Positions 27,510-36,819 of a stretch of DNA of 64,000 bases are shown in pieces (position 1 is the stretch's first letter; the number at the start of each line of letters is the position of its first letter). The translations under genes and the position numbers were made by a program. The notes under the pieces were generated by a model. The model saw only the letters and a program-made list of their open reading frames with translations. It made no database searches and had not been told where the DNA came from. This DNA comes from Anaerolineae bacterium. Lineage in GTDB: Bacteria > Chloroflexota > Anaerolineae > B4-G1 > SLSP01. The DNA is taken from contig JBNGCW010000003.1 in the NCBI GenBank assembly GCA_049975525.1, positions 31,779 to 95,778 of the forward strand. Direction: 5' to 3'.

Positions 27510-30230
27510 ATGACCAAGACTGCCATTCTCGTCTCGGAAACTCACTGGGACCGCGCCTGGTACGCGCCCTTCCAGGTCTTCCGCATCCGCCTGGTGCGCC
27601 TCGTCGACCGGCTGATTGAGATCCTGGATAGCGATCCGACTTTTCATAGCTTCACGCTGGACGGGCAGATGATCCCCATTGAGGACTACCTGGAGATCCG
27701 CCCGGAGCGTCGCGCCGACCTGCAACGCCTCGTCGAAGCGGGACAGCTGCACGTCGGGCCGTGGTACGTGCTGGCGGACGAGTACCTGGTCAGCCCGGAG
27801 GCGCTGATCCGCAACCTGCTTATCGGCATGGAGATGGCGGAGTCGCTGGGTGGTGTCTCCCGTGAGGGCTACGTGCCCGACAGCTTCGGGCACATCAGCC
27901 AGCTGCCGCAGATCCTCAAGGGTTTCGGGATCGACTCGGCGCTCTTCTGGCGCGGCGTCGGCGACGAAGGCGAGCGGCTGGGCAACGAATTCTGGTGGGA
28001 CGCGCCCGACGGCTCCCGCGTGCTGGCAAGTCATCTGCGCGACGGTTACCATAACGCGGCGAACCTCGGCTATCCCGTGCGCGGCGGTGACATGAGCGCC
28101 GTGGAGTTCGAGATGGAGACGGCGCTGGCGCAACTACGCGAGGCCATCGACGTGCTGGCGCCCCACGCGCAGGCCGACGTGGTGCTGCTGCTCAACGGCG
28201 TCGACCATGTGGAGGCCGATCCCCACGTGCCGGCGGTCATCGCCGAGGCCAACGCCACTTTCGACGATATGGAGATCGTCCACGGCACGCTGACGGACTA
28301 CGTGGAGCGGGTGCGGGCAGCGGTGGACGATGAACTGCCCGTCTTCCAGGGCGAATTCAACCGCAGCCGCTACGCTTATGCGCTCCAGGGTGTCTATTCC
28401 TCGCGGATGTACCTGCAGCAGGCCAACGCGCGCGCGCAGACGTTGCTGGAGCGCTACGTTGAGCCGTTGAACGCCTGGGCCTGGCTGCTGGGCGAGCGCT
28501 ACCCCACGCCTTTCCTGGCTCTGGCGTGGCGCACGCTGCTCAAGAACCACCCTCACGACGACATCTGCGGTTGCAGCGTGGACAGCGTCCACCGCGAGAA
28601 CGAGGCTCGCTTCGACGAGGTGCAGCAGATCGGCGCGACACTGGCCCGCGACGGCTACCGCGCGCTGATGCGGCACATCGATCGGACCGCACAGCCCGGC
28701 GTGCCCTTCGTGCTTTTCAATCCGACGGCGCGGACGCGCTCCGAGACGACGGTGCTGAATCTGCAGTTCGAGGTCGATGACGAGACCGCCGAGGCCTTTC
28801 ACCTGGTGACCGCTGACGGGAAGGGGGTCCCCCTGCAGGTGCTGGATCGCAAGGTGTTGTTGGAGATGGAGGTCAACAGCACGAAGAGGCATCGGCAGAT
28901 TCGCGCCGCGGTACAGGTTGACGTGCCCGGCTGCGGCTACCGCGTGCTCTACGCCCTTCCCGGTCCGCCGGATGTGTCGCCGGCTGTTGAAACCCCCGTG
29001 CGTGCGTTGGATCGGGGTATGGAAAACGCCCGGCTGCGCGTTGAGATTCAGGACGACGGCACGCTGGATCTCTTGGACAAGCGCAGCGGGCGTCGCTTCC
29101 ACGGGCTGGGCTATCTCCAGGACGACGAGGACGCCGGGGACGAGTACGACTACTCGCCCGCGCCGCAGTCCGAACGCATCACCACCGTAGGACGAGAGGC
29201 GGAGATCCGCCGGCTGCACCTCGGGCCGCTGCAGGTGACCTACGAGATCCGCCGCACCCTGGCGCTGCCTGTATCTCTGACCCCGGACCGGCAGCGACGC
29301 AGTGAGAGGCTCGTCCGCTGTCCCGTCGTCAGCACGGTGACGCTGCGGGCGGACAGTGCGCGGGTGGAGGTGCGCACGACCGTTGAGAACCGCGTTCGTG
29401 ACCACCGACTGCGCGTCTGCTTCCCCAGCGATCTGGAGACCGATGTCGCCTGTGCCGACGGGCACTTCGACGTGCTGACCCGCCCTATCGACCTGCCGGA
29501 GGCCGAGGGATGGACGCAGCCGCCCTCGCCCACCAGGCACCAACGCGCCTTTGTCGATCTCTCCGACGGTGAGACCGGGCTGGCGATCTTCAACCGGGGG
29601 TTACCGGAGTACGAGGTGCTGCGCGACGGTGGGCGCAACACCGTCGCCGTGACACTGTTGCGCTGCGTGGGCTGGCTCTCGCGCGACGATCTGCTGACCC
29701 GCGAAGACCACGCCGGGCCGGCGCTGCCGACGCCGGAGGCGCAGTGCCTGGGATCGCACACCTTTGAATACGCTATCGCACCGCACGCGGGCGACTGGCG
29801 CGCCATCTACTACGACGCCCTCTCCTATCGCGCGCCGCTGGCGGTGCGACGCGGCACGGAACAAGAAGGTGTGGTGCCGACCAAGGACCAACTGGCGATG
29901 CTGCCGCGCCCCGTCCGCCGTACGCCGGTGGATCTGAGCGGCGATTTACCGGACGCGCACTCGCTGTTGACGATCGAACCGACGACGCCGGTGCTCGGCG
30001 CGGTCAAGCAAAGTGAAGATGGCGAGCGGCTCATCGTCCGGCTTTTCAATCCGCTGGACGAACCCCTCGATGTCATGGTGCGGTTCGCTTTCCCCATCCA
30101 GGCGGCACATAAAGCCAATCTGCGTGAAGAACCCGAGGAGGCGCTATCGATTGAGCACGGAGACACCCTACACTTGACCCTAAACGCCAAGCAGGTGCAA
30201 ACCCTCTCTTTACAACCCAAGGGGAGGTGA
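27510..30230 (+). CDS. GH38 alpha-mannosidase (MngB-like)
   Basis: THWDRAWY, FTLDGQ, GPWYVLADE, PDSFGH, NGVDH, HDDICGCS. Confidence 0.92.
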   Translation: MTKTAILVSETHWDRAWYAPFQVFRIRLVRLVDRLIEILDSDPTFHSFTLDGQMIPIEDYLEIRPERRADLQRLVEAGQLHVGPWYVLADEYLVSPEALIRNLLIGMEMAESLGGVSREGYVPDSFGHISQLPQILKGFGIDSALFWRGVGDEGERLGNEFWWDAPDGSRVLASHLRDGYHNAANLGYPVRGGDMSAVEFEMETALAQLREAIDVLAPHAQADVVLLLNGVDHVEADPHVPAVIAEANATFDDMEIVHGTLTDYVERVRAAVDDELPVFQGEFNRSRYAYALQGVYSSRMYLQQANARAQTLLERYVEPLNAWAWLLGERYPTPFLALAWRTLLKNHPHDDICGCSVDSVHRENEARFDEVQQIGATLARDGYRALMRHIDRTAQPGVPFVLFNPTARTRSETTVLNLQFEVDDETAEAFHLVTADGKGVPLQVLDRKVLLEMEVNSTKRHRQIRAAVQVDVPGCGYRVLYALPGPPDVSPAVETPVRALDRGMENARLRVEIQDDGTLDLLDKRSGRRFHGLGYLQDDEDAGDEYDYSPAPQSERITTVGREAEIRRLHLGPLQVTYEIRRTLALPVSLTPDRQRRSERLVRCPVVSTVTLRADSARVEVRTTVENRVRDHRLRVCFPSDLETDVACADGHFDVLTRPIDLPEAEGWTQPPSPTRHQRAFVDLSDGETGLAIFNRGLPEYEVLRDGGRNTVAVTLLRCVGWLSRDDLLTREDHAGPALPTPEAQCLGSHTFEYAIAPHAGDWRAIYYDALSYRAPLAVRRGTEQEGVVPTKDQLAMLPRPVRRTPVDLSGDLPDAHSLLTIEPTTPVLGAVKQSEDGERLIVRLFNPLDEPLDVMVRFAFPIQAAHKANLREEPEEALSIEHGDTLHLTLNAKQVQTLSLQPKGR

Positions 30231-30309
30231 TCGAAACAACTTAGCGTTCAACTTGCAACTTAAAACTTTAAATTTGCAAATCACAACTCTTATCAAGGAG
30301 GAATGAAAA

Positions 30310-31656
30310 ATGCGCAAACTATGGTTAACCGTAAGTATGCTTGTCATCGCGAGCATGGTGCTGGCGTCTTGTGCCACACCCACGCCGGAAGTTGTCACCG
30401 TCACCAAAGAGGTCGAGGTCGTCAAGACCGTAGAGGTAGAAAAGACCGTAGAAGTCGAAGTCCCTGTCGAAGTTGAGAAGGAAGTGGGTCCCATCACCAT
30501 GTGGGCGTCCTACGACCTGACCGATGAGGAAAACCCGCCATCCGTTACCTTGAAACAGGCCATTGAGACCTTCGAAGCCACCACCGGCATCAAGGTCAAC
30601 TACGAACAGGTGGCCTGGGATCAGCTGGCGACCAAGCTGGCCGTGCAGGCGCAATCGGGCGGTGATATGCCTGACGTCGTGGAGACCAGCAGTCAGCACG
30701 TGCTGGCCCTGATCAACGCCGGCGCGCTGATGGACATCGCGGAGATGGCTGCCGATGCTCCCTGGGCCGACGAGATCAACCCCAGCGAGGCGCAGGCCTG
30801 CGTCATCGCCGGCGCGCGCTACTGTGTCGCCGCTGACATCCGCGGCGGTGCCTGGTACTACAACACCGCCGACTTCCCTGACGGTTGGCCCACTACACCA
30901 GAGGGGTGGCTGGAAGAGGGCGAGCGTCTGGCAGCCGAAGACATGTACGTCTCTACCTTTTTTGCCGGACGCCATTATGGCGCAGTCGAGCTGACCTGGG
31001 CCCCCTGGTTCTACTCCAACGGCGGCAGCGTCTTTGACGCAGAGGGCAAACCCGACTGGGCCTCTGAGGAGAACGTCGAGGTCGTTGAGTGGGCGCGCGA
31101 ACTGTTGGCCAACGGGTACATCCCGGAGACCTGCTTCACGGGTGATTTCACCGCCGGCGAGACGCCCTGGGTCGACGGCACCGCAGCGTCGGTGCGCGGC
31201 GGCTCCTGGTCCTACCTCTTCATCCCCGGCCTGCAGGATAAGATCGAGAACAACGAAGCCGAGCTCGGCCTGGCGCCGAACTTCGGCGAGGGCAACTTCG
31301 TCTTCCTGGTCGGCGAGGGTTGGGCCATCGCCGAAGGCGCTGAGAATCCCGAAGGGGCTATGGCCTGGATCAACTTCTTCATGAACCCCCAGATCCTGGC
31401 GCAGTGGGCCAGTCAGCACTACGGCATTCCCACCATCGATGCGGCCTTCCAGAGCGGCGAGTTCAGCGGCGAGTTCTACCAGGCGACAGCCCAGAACCTG
31501 GCCGAGAACGGCGTCTTCATCGAATCCAGCGAGTTCTACGTCGAGAGCCTCACCAAGCTGGCCGAGACCTTGCAGGAAGTCATGTTAGATCCGGAGATGG
31601 ACGTCATGACCGCGCTGCAAGGCGCGCAGGATGAGATTCTGAACCGGTACTGGTAA
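30310..31656 (+). CDS. CUT1 sugar ABC transporter substrate-binding lipoprotein
   Basis: LASC lipobox, EV(E/V)KTV linker, SBP_bac_1 features. Confidence 0.9.
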   Translation: MRKLWLTVSMLVIASMVLASCATPTPEVVTVTKEVEVVKTVEVEKTVEVEVPVEVEKEVGPITMWASYDLTDEENPPSVTLKQAIETFEATTGIKVNYEQVAWDQLATKLAVQAQSGGDMPDVVETSSQHVLALINAGALMDIAEMAADAPWADEINPSEAQACVIAGARYCVAADIRGGAWYYNTADFPDGWPTTPEGWLEEGERLAAEDMYVSTFFAGRHYGAVELTWAPWFYSNGGSVFDAEGKPDWASEENVEVVEWARELLANGYIPETCFTGDFTAGETPWVDGTAASVRGGSWSYLFIPGLQDKIENNEAELGLAPNFGEGNFVFLVGEGWAIAEGAENPEGAMAWINFFMNPQILAQWASQHYGIPTIDAAFQSGEFSGEFYQATAQNLAENGVFIESSEFYVESLTKLAETLQEVMLDPEMDVMTALQGAQDEILNRYW

Positions 31657-31717
31657 AGCCATTGGGGTGCTCTCCACGAAGTTGAAAACTTGTGGGGAGC
31701 GCCATCTTTCACTCGCA

Positions 31718-31860
31718 CTTAAATTACGGTATTAGAGCGTAGCCAGGTGCGACGCACCTTCGAATGCTTGCACATAGCCATTTCATGCACGCTGGGATGG
31801 GGTTTTAGCCAGCATGATCGGGCCATCGCAGGTGCGTTGCACATTATACCGTAATTTCAA
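31718..31860. mobile_element. Family-A MITE (143 bp) with a perfect 7-bp TSD
   Basis: CTTAAATTACGGTAT...ATACCGTAATTTCAA flanked by ACTCGCA (31711-31717 and 31861-31867). Confidence 0.9.
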
Positions 31861-31941
31861 ACTCGCAGAACGTGGACATGTTTTCTTATCTGAAGATGGC
31901 GTCGTTATGGCATGTTTGCGTCACGTAAGGAGAGTTGAATC

Positions 31942-32805
31942 ATGCGCCAACGCAAGATCACGCCTTATCTACTCGTCGCTCCTGCCTTCATCATGCTCTT
32001 TCTGGTCACGCTCTATCCCACGTTGTACAGTTTCTACCTCAGTCTCAACCGTGTCCGTCGCGGCAAGCTGGAATTTGTAGGCCTGGACAATTTTCGGATC
32101 ATTTTTCAAAGCAATGATTTCTGGGAGAGTCTTAAACTCACACTGATCTTCGGCTTCTTCTATGTCCTCATCACCCTGGCCTTCGCCTTCATCCTGGCGA
32201 TGCTCTTCAACCGTGGCCTCAAATTCGGCGGCGTCTACATGACGCTGGTCTTCATCCCCTGGGTGCTCTCAGAGATCGTCTCCGGCGTTGTCTGGCGCTG
32301 GATGTTTTACCGTGATTACGGCGTACTGCAAAATCTGGTCGGCCCGCTCTTCGGCGGCGAGACGCTGATGGCGACCCCGGCCGGCGCGATGGGCATCGTC
32401 ATCGCCGCCTCGGTCTGGCGCGCCACGGCCTACGTCATGCTGTTGATCCTGGCCGGGTTGCAGACTATCCCCGACGAGGTCTACGAGGCCGCTGCCATCG
32501 ACGGCTCCAACCGCTGGCAATCCTTCTGGCAGATCACCTGGCCCCTGATCCGACCGACGACGCTGGTCACCATCGTCTTGCTCACGATTGAGAGCATCAA
32601 TGCGGTGGGGATGTTCCTGGCCATCACGGAAGGCGGGCCGGGACGGGCCACCGAGGTGCTCAGCCTGCACATGTACCGCGAAGCGCTGCAGTTCTTCCAC
32701 TTCGGCTACGGTTCAGCACTGGCTGTCGTCATGTTCTTCATCAATGTGATCCTGGGCGCTGTCTACCTGAAGTTCCTGCAGACCGAGAACGCCTTAGCTG
32801 GCTAA
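31942..32805 (+). CDS. Sugar ABC permease
   Basis: FVGLDNF, LAGLQTIPDEVYEAAAIDG EAA motif. Confidence 0.93.
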   Translation: MRQRKITPYLLVAPAFIMLFLVTLYPTLYSFYLSLNRVRRGKLEFVGLDNFRIIFQSNDFWESLKLTLIFGFFYVLITLAFAFILAMLFNRGLKFGGVYMTLVFIPWVLSEIVSGVVWRWMFYRDYGVLQNLVGPLFGGETLMATPAGAMGIVIAASVWRATAYVMLLILAGLQTIPDEVYEAAAIDGSNRWQSFWQITWPLIRPTTLVTIVLLTIESINAVGMFLAITEGGPGRATEVLSLHMYREALQFFHFGYGSALAVVMFFINVILGAVYLKFLQTENALAG

Positions 32806-32815
32806 GGAGGCGATT

Positions 32816-33652
32816 ATGACATTCCGTCGTTCCAATCAAGCCGGCAAACTGCTGATCAACGCTTTTCTCATCATCATTGGGTTGCTTTTTATTTTCCCTG
32901 TCTTTTACGCCATCATGACATCCTTCCGCGCCCCCGGCTATGGCTTGACCAGCCAGATTATCCCCCGCGACTGGTACTTCGGCAATTACGAGCGGCTTTT
33001 CAACTATGGACGCTTTCCCCGCTACGTGCTCAACAGTATCATCGACGCTCTGGGGGGTGCGCTGCTGACCAGTGTGGTAGCAGCGTTGGCCGGCTACGGC
33101 TTCGCCCGCTTTGAGTTCAAGGGTAAGAATGCGCTGCTTTTCTTCGTGCTGGCGGTGATGATGTTGCCGCAGATCACCAACCTGATCCCGCTTTACAAAA
33201 TGGCCAGTGACCTGAATCTGCTCAACACTTACACGGTGATGATCGTGATCCTGGGCGGCTACGGCGTGCCGCTGGGCATCTGGACGATGAAGGGCTTCTT
33301 CGAAAGTATCCCGGTGGCGCTGGAAGAAGCCGCCGCTATCGATGGCGCGTCGTCTTTCCAGACCTTCTGGCGGGTTGTGATCCCCATCTCCGCGCCGGGA
33401 CTGCTGGCGACCTTCTTGATCAACTTTGTCTACAACTGGAACAACTTTATCACGCCGCTTTTTATGTTGACCAAGAGCGAGATGAAGACCGCGACCGTGG
33501 GTCTCTTCGACTTCCAGCACGCGCTCCAGGGCGATCAGGATGAGTTGCTGGCGGCGGCCTGCGTCATCATCATGGTGCCTGCGATCCTGCTCTTCATCGC
33601 GCTGCGGAAGTATTTCCTCGAAGGTATGGTCGAAGGCGCGGTGAAAGGATAA
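32816..33652 (+). CDS. Sugar ABC permease
   Basis: [30 protein letters not shown]. Confidence 0.93.
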   Translation: MTFRRSNQAGKLLINAFLIIIGLLFIFPVFYAIMTSFRAPGYGLTSQIIPRDWYFGNYERLFNYGRFPRYVLNSIIDALGGALLTSVVAALAGYGFARFEFKGKNALLFFVLAVMMLPQITNLIPLYKMASDLNLLNTYTVMIVILGGYGVPLGIWTMKGFFESIPVALEEAAAIDGASSFQTFWRVVIPISAPGLLATFLINFVYNWNNFITPLFMLTKSEMKTATVGLFDFQHALQGDQDELLAAACVIIMVPAILLFIALRKYFLEGMVEGAVKG

Positions 33653-33653
33653 G

Positions 33654-34535
33654 ATGAGCGAGAAGATTCTGCTCGATACCGATATCGGCTCCGACATCGA
33701 CGACGCCGTCTGCCTGGCCTACCTGTTGGCGCAGCCCGACTGCGAGCTGCTGGGGGTGACCACTGTCACCGGCGAAGGCGCGCGGCGGGCGGCCCTGGTC
33801 AGCGCGCTTTGCAAGATCGCGCAGCAAGACGTGCCCATTCACGTGGGCGCGGAGACGCCGCTGCTCGTCGATCAGCGTCAGCCCCATGTGCCGCAGGCCG
33901 CCGCGCTGGAGCGCTGGCCCCACGAGACCGACTTCCCGCGCGGCGAGGCCATTGAGTTCATGCGGCAGACCATCCGCGCGCACCCCGGTGAGGTGACGCT
34001 GTTGACCATCGGCCCGCTGACCAACGCGGCGCTGCTCTTCTCCGTCGATCCGGAGATCCCGCAGCTGCTCAAGGGCCTGGTGATGATGGGCGGCGTCTTC
34101 GGCGACGGCGATCCACGGCATCCAGAGCGTGGCGCCGAGTGGAACGCCATGCTCGATCCGCACGCCACGGCCATTGTTTTCCGCGCGCCTGTCGCCGTGC
34201 ACCGCGCCGTCGGCCTGAACGTGACGTTGCAGGTGAAGATGGACGCCGATGAGGTGCGACGGCGCTTCGACGCGCCGCTGCTGCGCCCTGTGCGCGACTT
34301 CGCCGAGGTCTGGTTCGAGGAACGCGATGAGATCGTCTTTCACGATCCCCTGGCGGCGGTGACCATCTTTGACGAGGAGGTCTGTGGCTTCACACGCGGT
34401 CGCGTCGCCGTGGATCTGGAGGCGCAGCCGGGTCGTACCGGGTTCACGCCTGAAAAGGATGGTCCGCATGAGGTAGCGACCACGGTCGACGCCGCACGTT
34501 TCTTCCAGGACTACTTCGAGGTCGTTGAGGGATAA
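33654..34535 (+). CDS. Nucleoside hydrolase (IU-NH family, divergent group)
   Basis: [26 protein letters not shown]. Confidence 0.92.
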   Translation: MSEKILLDTDIGSDIDDAVCLAYLLAQPDCELLGVTTVTGEGARRAALVSALCKIAQQDVPIHVGAETPLLVDQRQPHVPQAAALERWPHETDFPRGEAIEFMRQTIRAHPGEVTLLTIGPLTNAALLFSVDPEIPQLLKGLVMMGGVFGDGDPRHPERGAEWNAMLDPHATAIVFRAPVAVHRAVGLNVTLQVKMDADEVRRRFDAPLLRPVRDFAEVWFEERDEIVFHDPLAAVTIFDEEVCGFTRGRVAVDLEAQPGRTGFTPEKDGPHEVATTVDAARFFQDYFEVVEG

Positions 34536-34584
34536 ATCTGCTCAATCCGCTTAATCTGCTAACATAAACTGGAGACGGTAAACC

Positions 34585-35913
34585 ATGCTGATTCTGCCCG
34601 ATTGGCTCATCACAACGCCGCAGGAAGCGCCCAAACGCAACTGGGGCGTGCGCGTCGTGGGCGACATCATCGACGACGTGGCGTCCAACGCCGACTTACG
34701 CGCGCGCTATCCCAACGACAAGGTGCAGGACGCGGCGGGCACGGTGCTGGCGCCGGGCTTCGTCAACGCGCACATGCATCTCTACGGCGTGTTGGCCCAC
34801 GGCATCCCGTTGGCGAAGGCACCTTCCGGCTTCTGGCCCTTTCTGGAGGAGTTCTGGTGGCCCCTGGTCGAGGACGCGCTGGATCACGAGATGATCCAGG
34901 CGGCCACGGATCTCCAGTGTGCGCGGATGCTGCGGAGCGGCGTGACCGCGTTCTACGATTGCTTAGAAGCGCCCCACGCCCTGCCCGGCTGCCTCGAGGC
35001 CGAGGCCGAGGTGGTGCGGCGGCACGGTCTGCGCGCCATCCTCTCTTTTGAGGCCACGGAACGGGTCTCGCCCGAGAACGGAGAGCTGGGGTTGCAGGAG
35101 AATGCGCGGTTCATCGAGGCGTGTGCAGAATCACAACCTGTAACCCGTACCTTGATTTCAGGGGCGATGTGCTTCCACACGACCTTCACCTGTTCGGAGG
35201 ACTTTATTCAACGGGCCTTTGCGCTGGCGCGCGAGCGGGATGCCTTTGTGCACGCGCACGTCTCCGAGGGGACATACGAGCCGGAGCACAACCTGGAGCG
35301 TCACAGCGTCCGCACGCTGCAGCGGTACGCGCAGCTGGGCGTGCTCGGCCCGGACTTTCTGGCGTCGCAGTGCGTGCAGATCGACGCGGCGGAGATCGCG
35401 CTGATGGCGGAGCACGGTGTCCGTATGGCGCACATGCCGCTCTCCAACTGCGAGGTCGGCGGGGGGATCGCGCCGCTGCCCGCGTTGGTGGACGCGGGCG
35501 TTACCGCCGGGCTGGGGACCGACGGCTACATCGACGACTTCTTCGAGGTGATGCGCGGCGCGTTCCTGATTCACAAAGCGAACCACCTCGACCCGCAGGT
35601 GATGCCCGCCCAGGAGGTCTGGTATCTGGCGACGGAGGGCGGCGCCCGCGCCCTGGGCCTGAAGCAGGTGGGACGGATCGCCAAGGGCTGGCAGGCGGAT
35701 CTGCAGCTCATCGACGCACGACTCCCCACGCCGTTGACGGAACACAATCTCTACGAACAGCTGCTGCTCTACCGCAATTTCCGCGACGTGCGCGACGTCT
35801 GGGTGGCGGGGCAACAACGAGTACAAGACGGCGCCCTGATCGACGCCGATATGGACGCGCTGACCCATCACGCGCACCAGGCCGCCGAAGGCCTGTGGCG
35901 CAAAGCTCGCTAG
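34585..35913 (+). CDS. SsnA-like metal-dependent amidohydrolase
   Basis: PGFVNAHMHLYG..A.GI, WWPL..ALD, HAHVSEG, GLGTDGY. Confidence 0.85.
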   Translation: MLILPDWLITTPQEAPKRNWGVRVVGDIIDDVASNADLRARYPNDKVQDAAGTVLAPGFVNAHMHLYGVLAHGIPLAKAPSGFWPFLEEFWWPLVEDALDHEMIQAATDLQCARMLRSGVTAFYDCLEAPHALPGCLEAEAEVVRRHGLRAILSFEATERVSPENGELGLQENARFIEACAESQPVTRTLISGAMCFHTTFTCSEDFIQRAFALARERDAFVHAHVSEGTYEPEHNLERHSVRTLQRYAQLGVLGPDFLASQCVQIDAAEIALMAEHGVRMAHMPLSNCEVGGGIAPLPALVDAGVTAGLGTDGYIDDFFEVMRGAFLIHKANHLDPQVMPAQEVWYLATEGGARALGLKQVGRIAKGWQADLQLIDARLPTPLTEHNLYEQLLLYRNFRDVRDVWVAGQQRVQDGALIDADMDALTHHAHQAAEGLWRKAR

Positions 35914-35921
35914 AGGAGACC

Positions 35922-36644
35922 ATGATTTCCCAACAATTGAAGGTGGACCAGGATCACCTTCGCACGGCGCGAGCCTGGCTTGTGCATGCCTACACCGCCA
36001 CGGGCCTTATCGCCACCTTCTTCGCCGTGCGCGCGCTGCTCGACGGACGACCGCAGGCGGTCTTCGTCTTTTTGGGTGCGGCGCTCTTCATCGACGCCAC
36101 CGACGGCCCCTTCGCCCGGCGCTGGGACGTCAAGCGGTGGACGCCGGATTTCAGCGGGCGCAAGCTGGACGATATCGTCGACTACATCAACTACACGCTG
36201 ATCCCCGTGATCTTCGCCTATCACTTCGGCCTGGTGGAAGGCGCCTGGGTCGCGGCGCTGCCGCTGGTGCTTATCGCCTCGGCCTACGGCTTTTGCCGGG
36301 AGACCGCCAAGACCGATGACGGCTACTTCACCGGCTTTCCGTCTTACTGGAACCTGCTCGTCTTCTACCTCTATCTGTGGGGCGGGCCATCGTGGCTTAA
36401 CGCGGGCGTGCTGACGCTCTTCGCCGTCCTGGTCTGGATCCCCATCAAGTATGTGACGTGGAAAACCGAGGTGCTGCAAAAGACCACGTTGATTACCAGC
36501 CTGGCATGGGGCGTAGCGCTTCTGATGCTGCTGGTGCGGTTTAAAGAAGCGTCGTCCCTGCTGATCTGGACGTCACTGCTTTATCCGCTCTATCACTTTG
36601 GACTTTCGTTTTATCTCCATTTCTCTGGACGTAGTTCGTCGTAA
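35922..36644 (+). CDS. pcs: CDP-alcohol phosphatidyltransferase, phosphatidylcholine synthase-like
   Basis: VHAYTATG, DATDGPFARR, PDFSGRKLDDIVDY, YFTGFPSYWN; GAGGAG RBS before ATG 35922. Confidence 0.78.
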   Translation: MISQQLKVDQDHLRTARAWLVHAYTATGLIATFFAVRALLDGRPQAVFVFLGAALFIDATDGPFARRWDVKRWTPDFSGRKLDDIVDYINYTLIPVIFAYHFGLVEGAWVAALPLVLIASAYGFCRETAKTDDGYFTGFPSYWNLLVFYLYLWGGPSWLNAGVLTLFAVLVWIPIKYVTWKTEVLQKTTLITSLAWGVALLMLLVRFKEASSLLIWTSLLYPLYHFGLSFYLHFSGRSSS

Positions 36645-36657
36645 GGAATGTAATACT

Positions 36658-36796
36658 GACTCTGCTGAAAAAGGTCCTAAAAATCGGATTTTTAACAAGA
36701 CATCCCCTATATCTAGTGGTTTTGACCGCGAATTTTCCCAAACGTAGTGGCAAGTTCCGGAAAAATCCGATTTCTGCCGGTTATTTCAGTGGAGTC
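36658..36796. mobile_element. Family-B MITE (139 bp) with a perfect 6-bp TSD and tandem NrdR-like boxes
   Basis: GACTCTGCTGAAA...TTTCAGTGGAGTC; AATACT at 36652-36657 and 36797-36802; inner IR AAAAATCGGATTT/AAATCCGATTT; boxes at 36704 and 36735. Confidence 0.88.
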
Positions 36797-36819
36797 AATA
36801 CTGAAAAGGTGAAACCGTT

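Noticed and set aside
23821-29543. Long antisense ORFs (e.g. 23821-25161, 25929-27401, 28134-29543) and similar ones across the window
   Set aside because: They shadow well-supported genes in high-GC DNA and carry no family motifs
30400-30486. EVEKTV repeat in the binding protein as a novel repeat
   Set aside because: A common low-complexity linker in lipoprotein SBPs of this kind
30310-33652. ABC transporter lacking an ATPase
   Set aside because: Normal for CUT1 systems, which share an MsmX/MalK ATPase encoded elsewhere
35121-35921. N-terminal extension of the 507-aa ORF (same issue for 47032-47442, 4916-5122 and 55081-55161)
   Set aside because: Each is out-of-frame overlap with the upstream gene; the true starts lie downstream with an RBS or translational coupling
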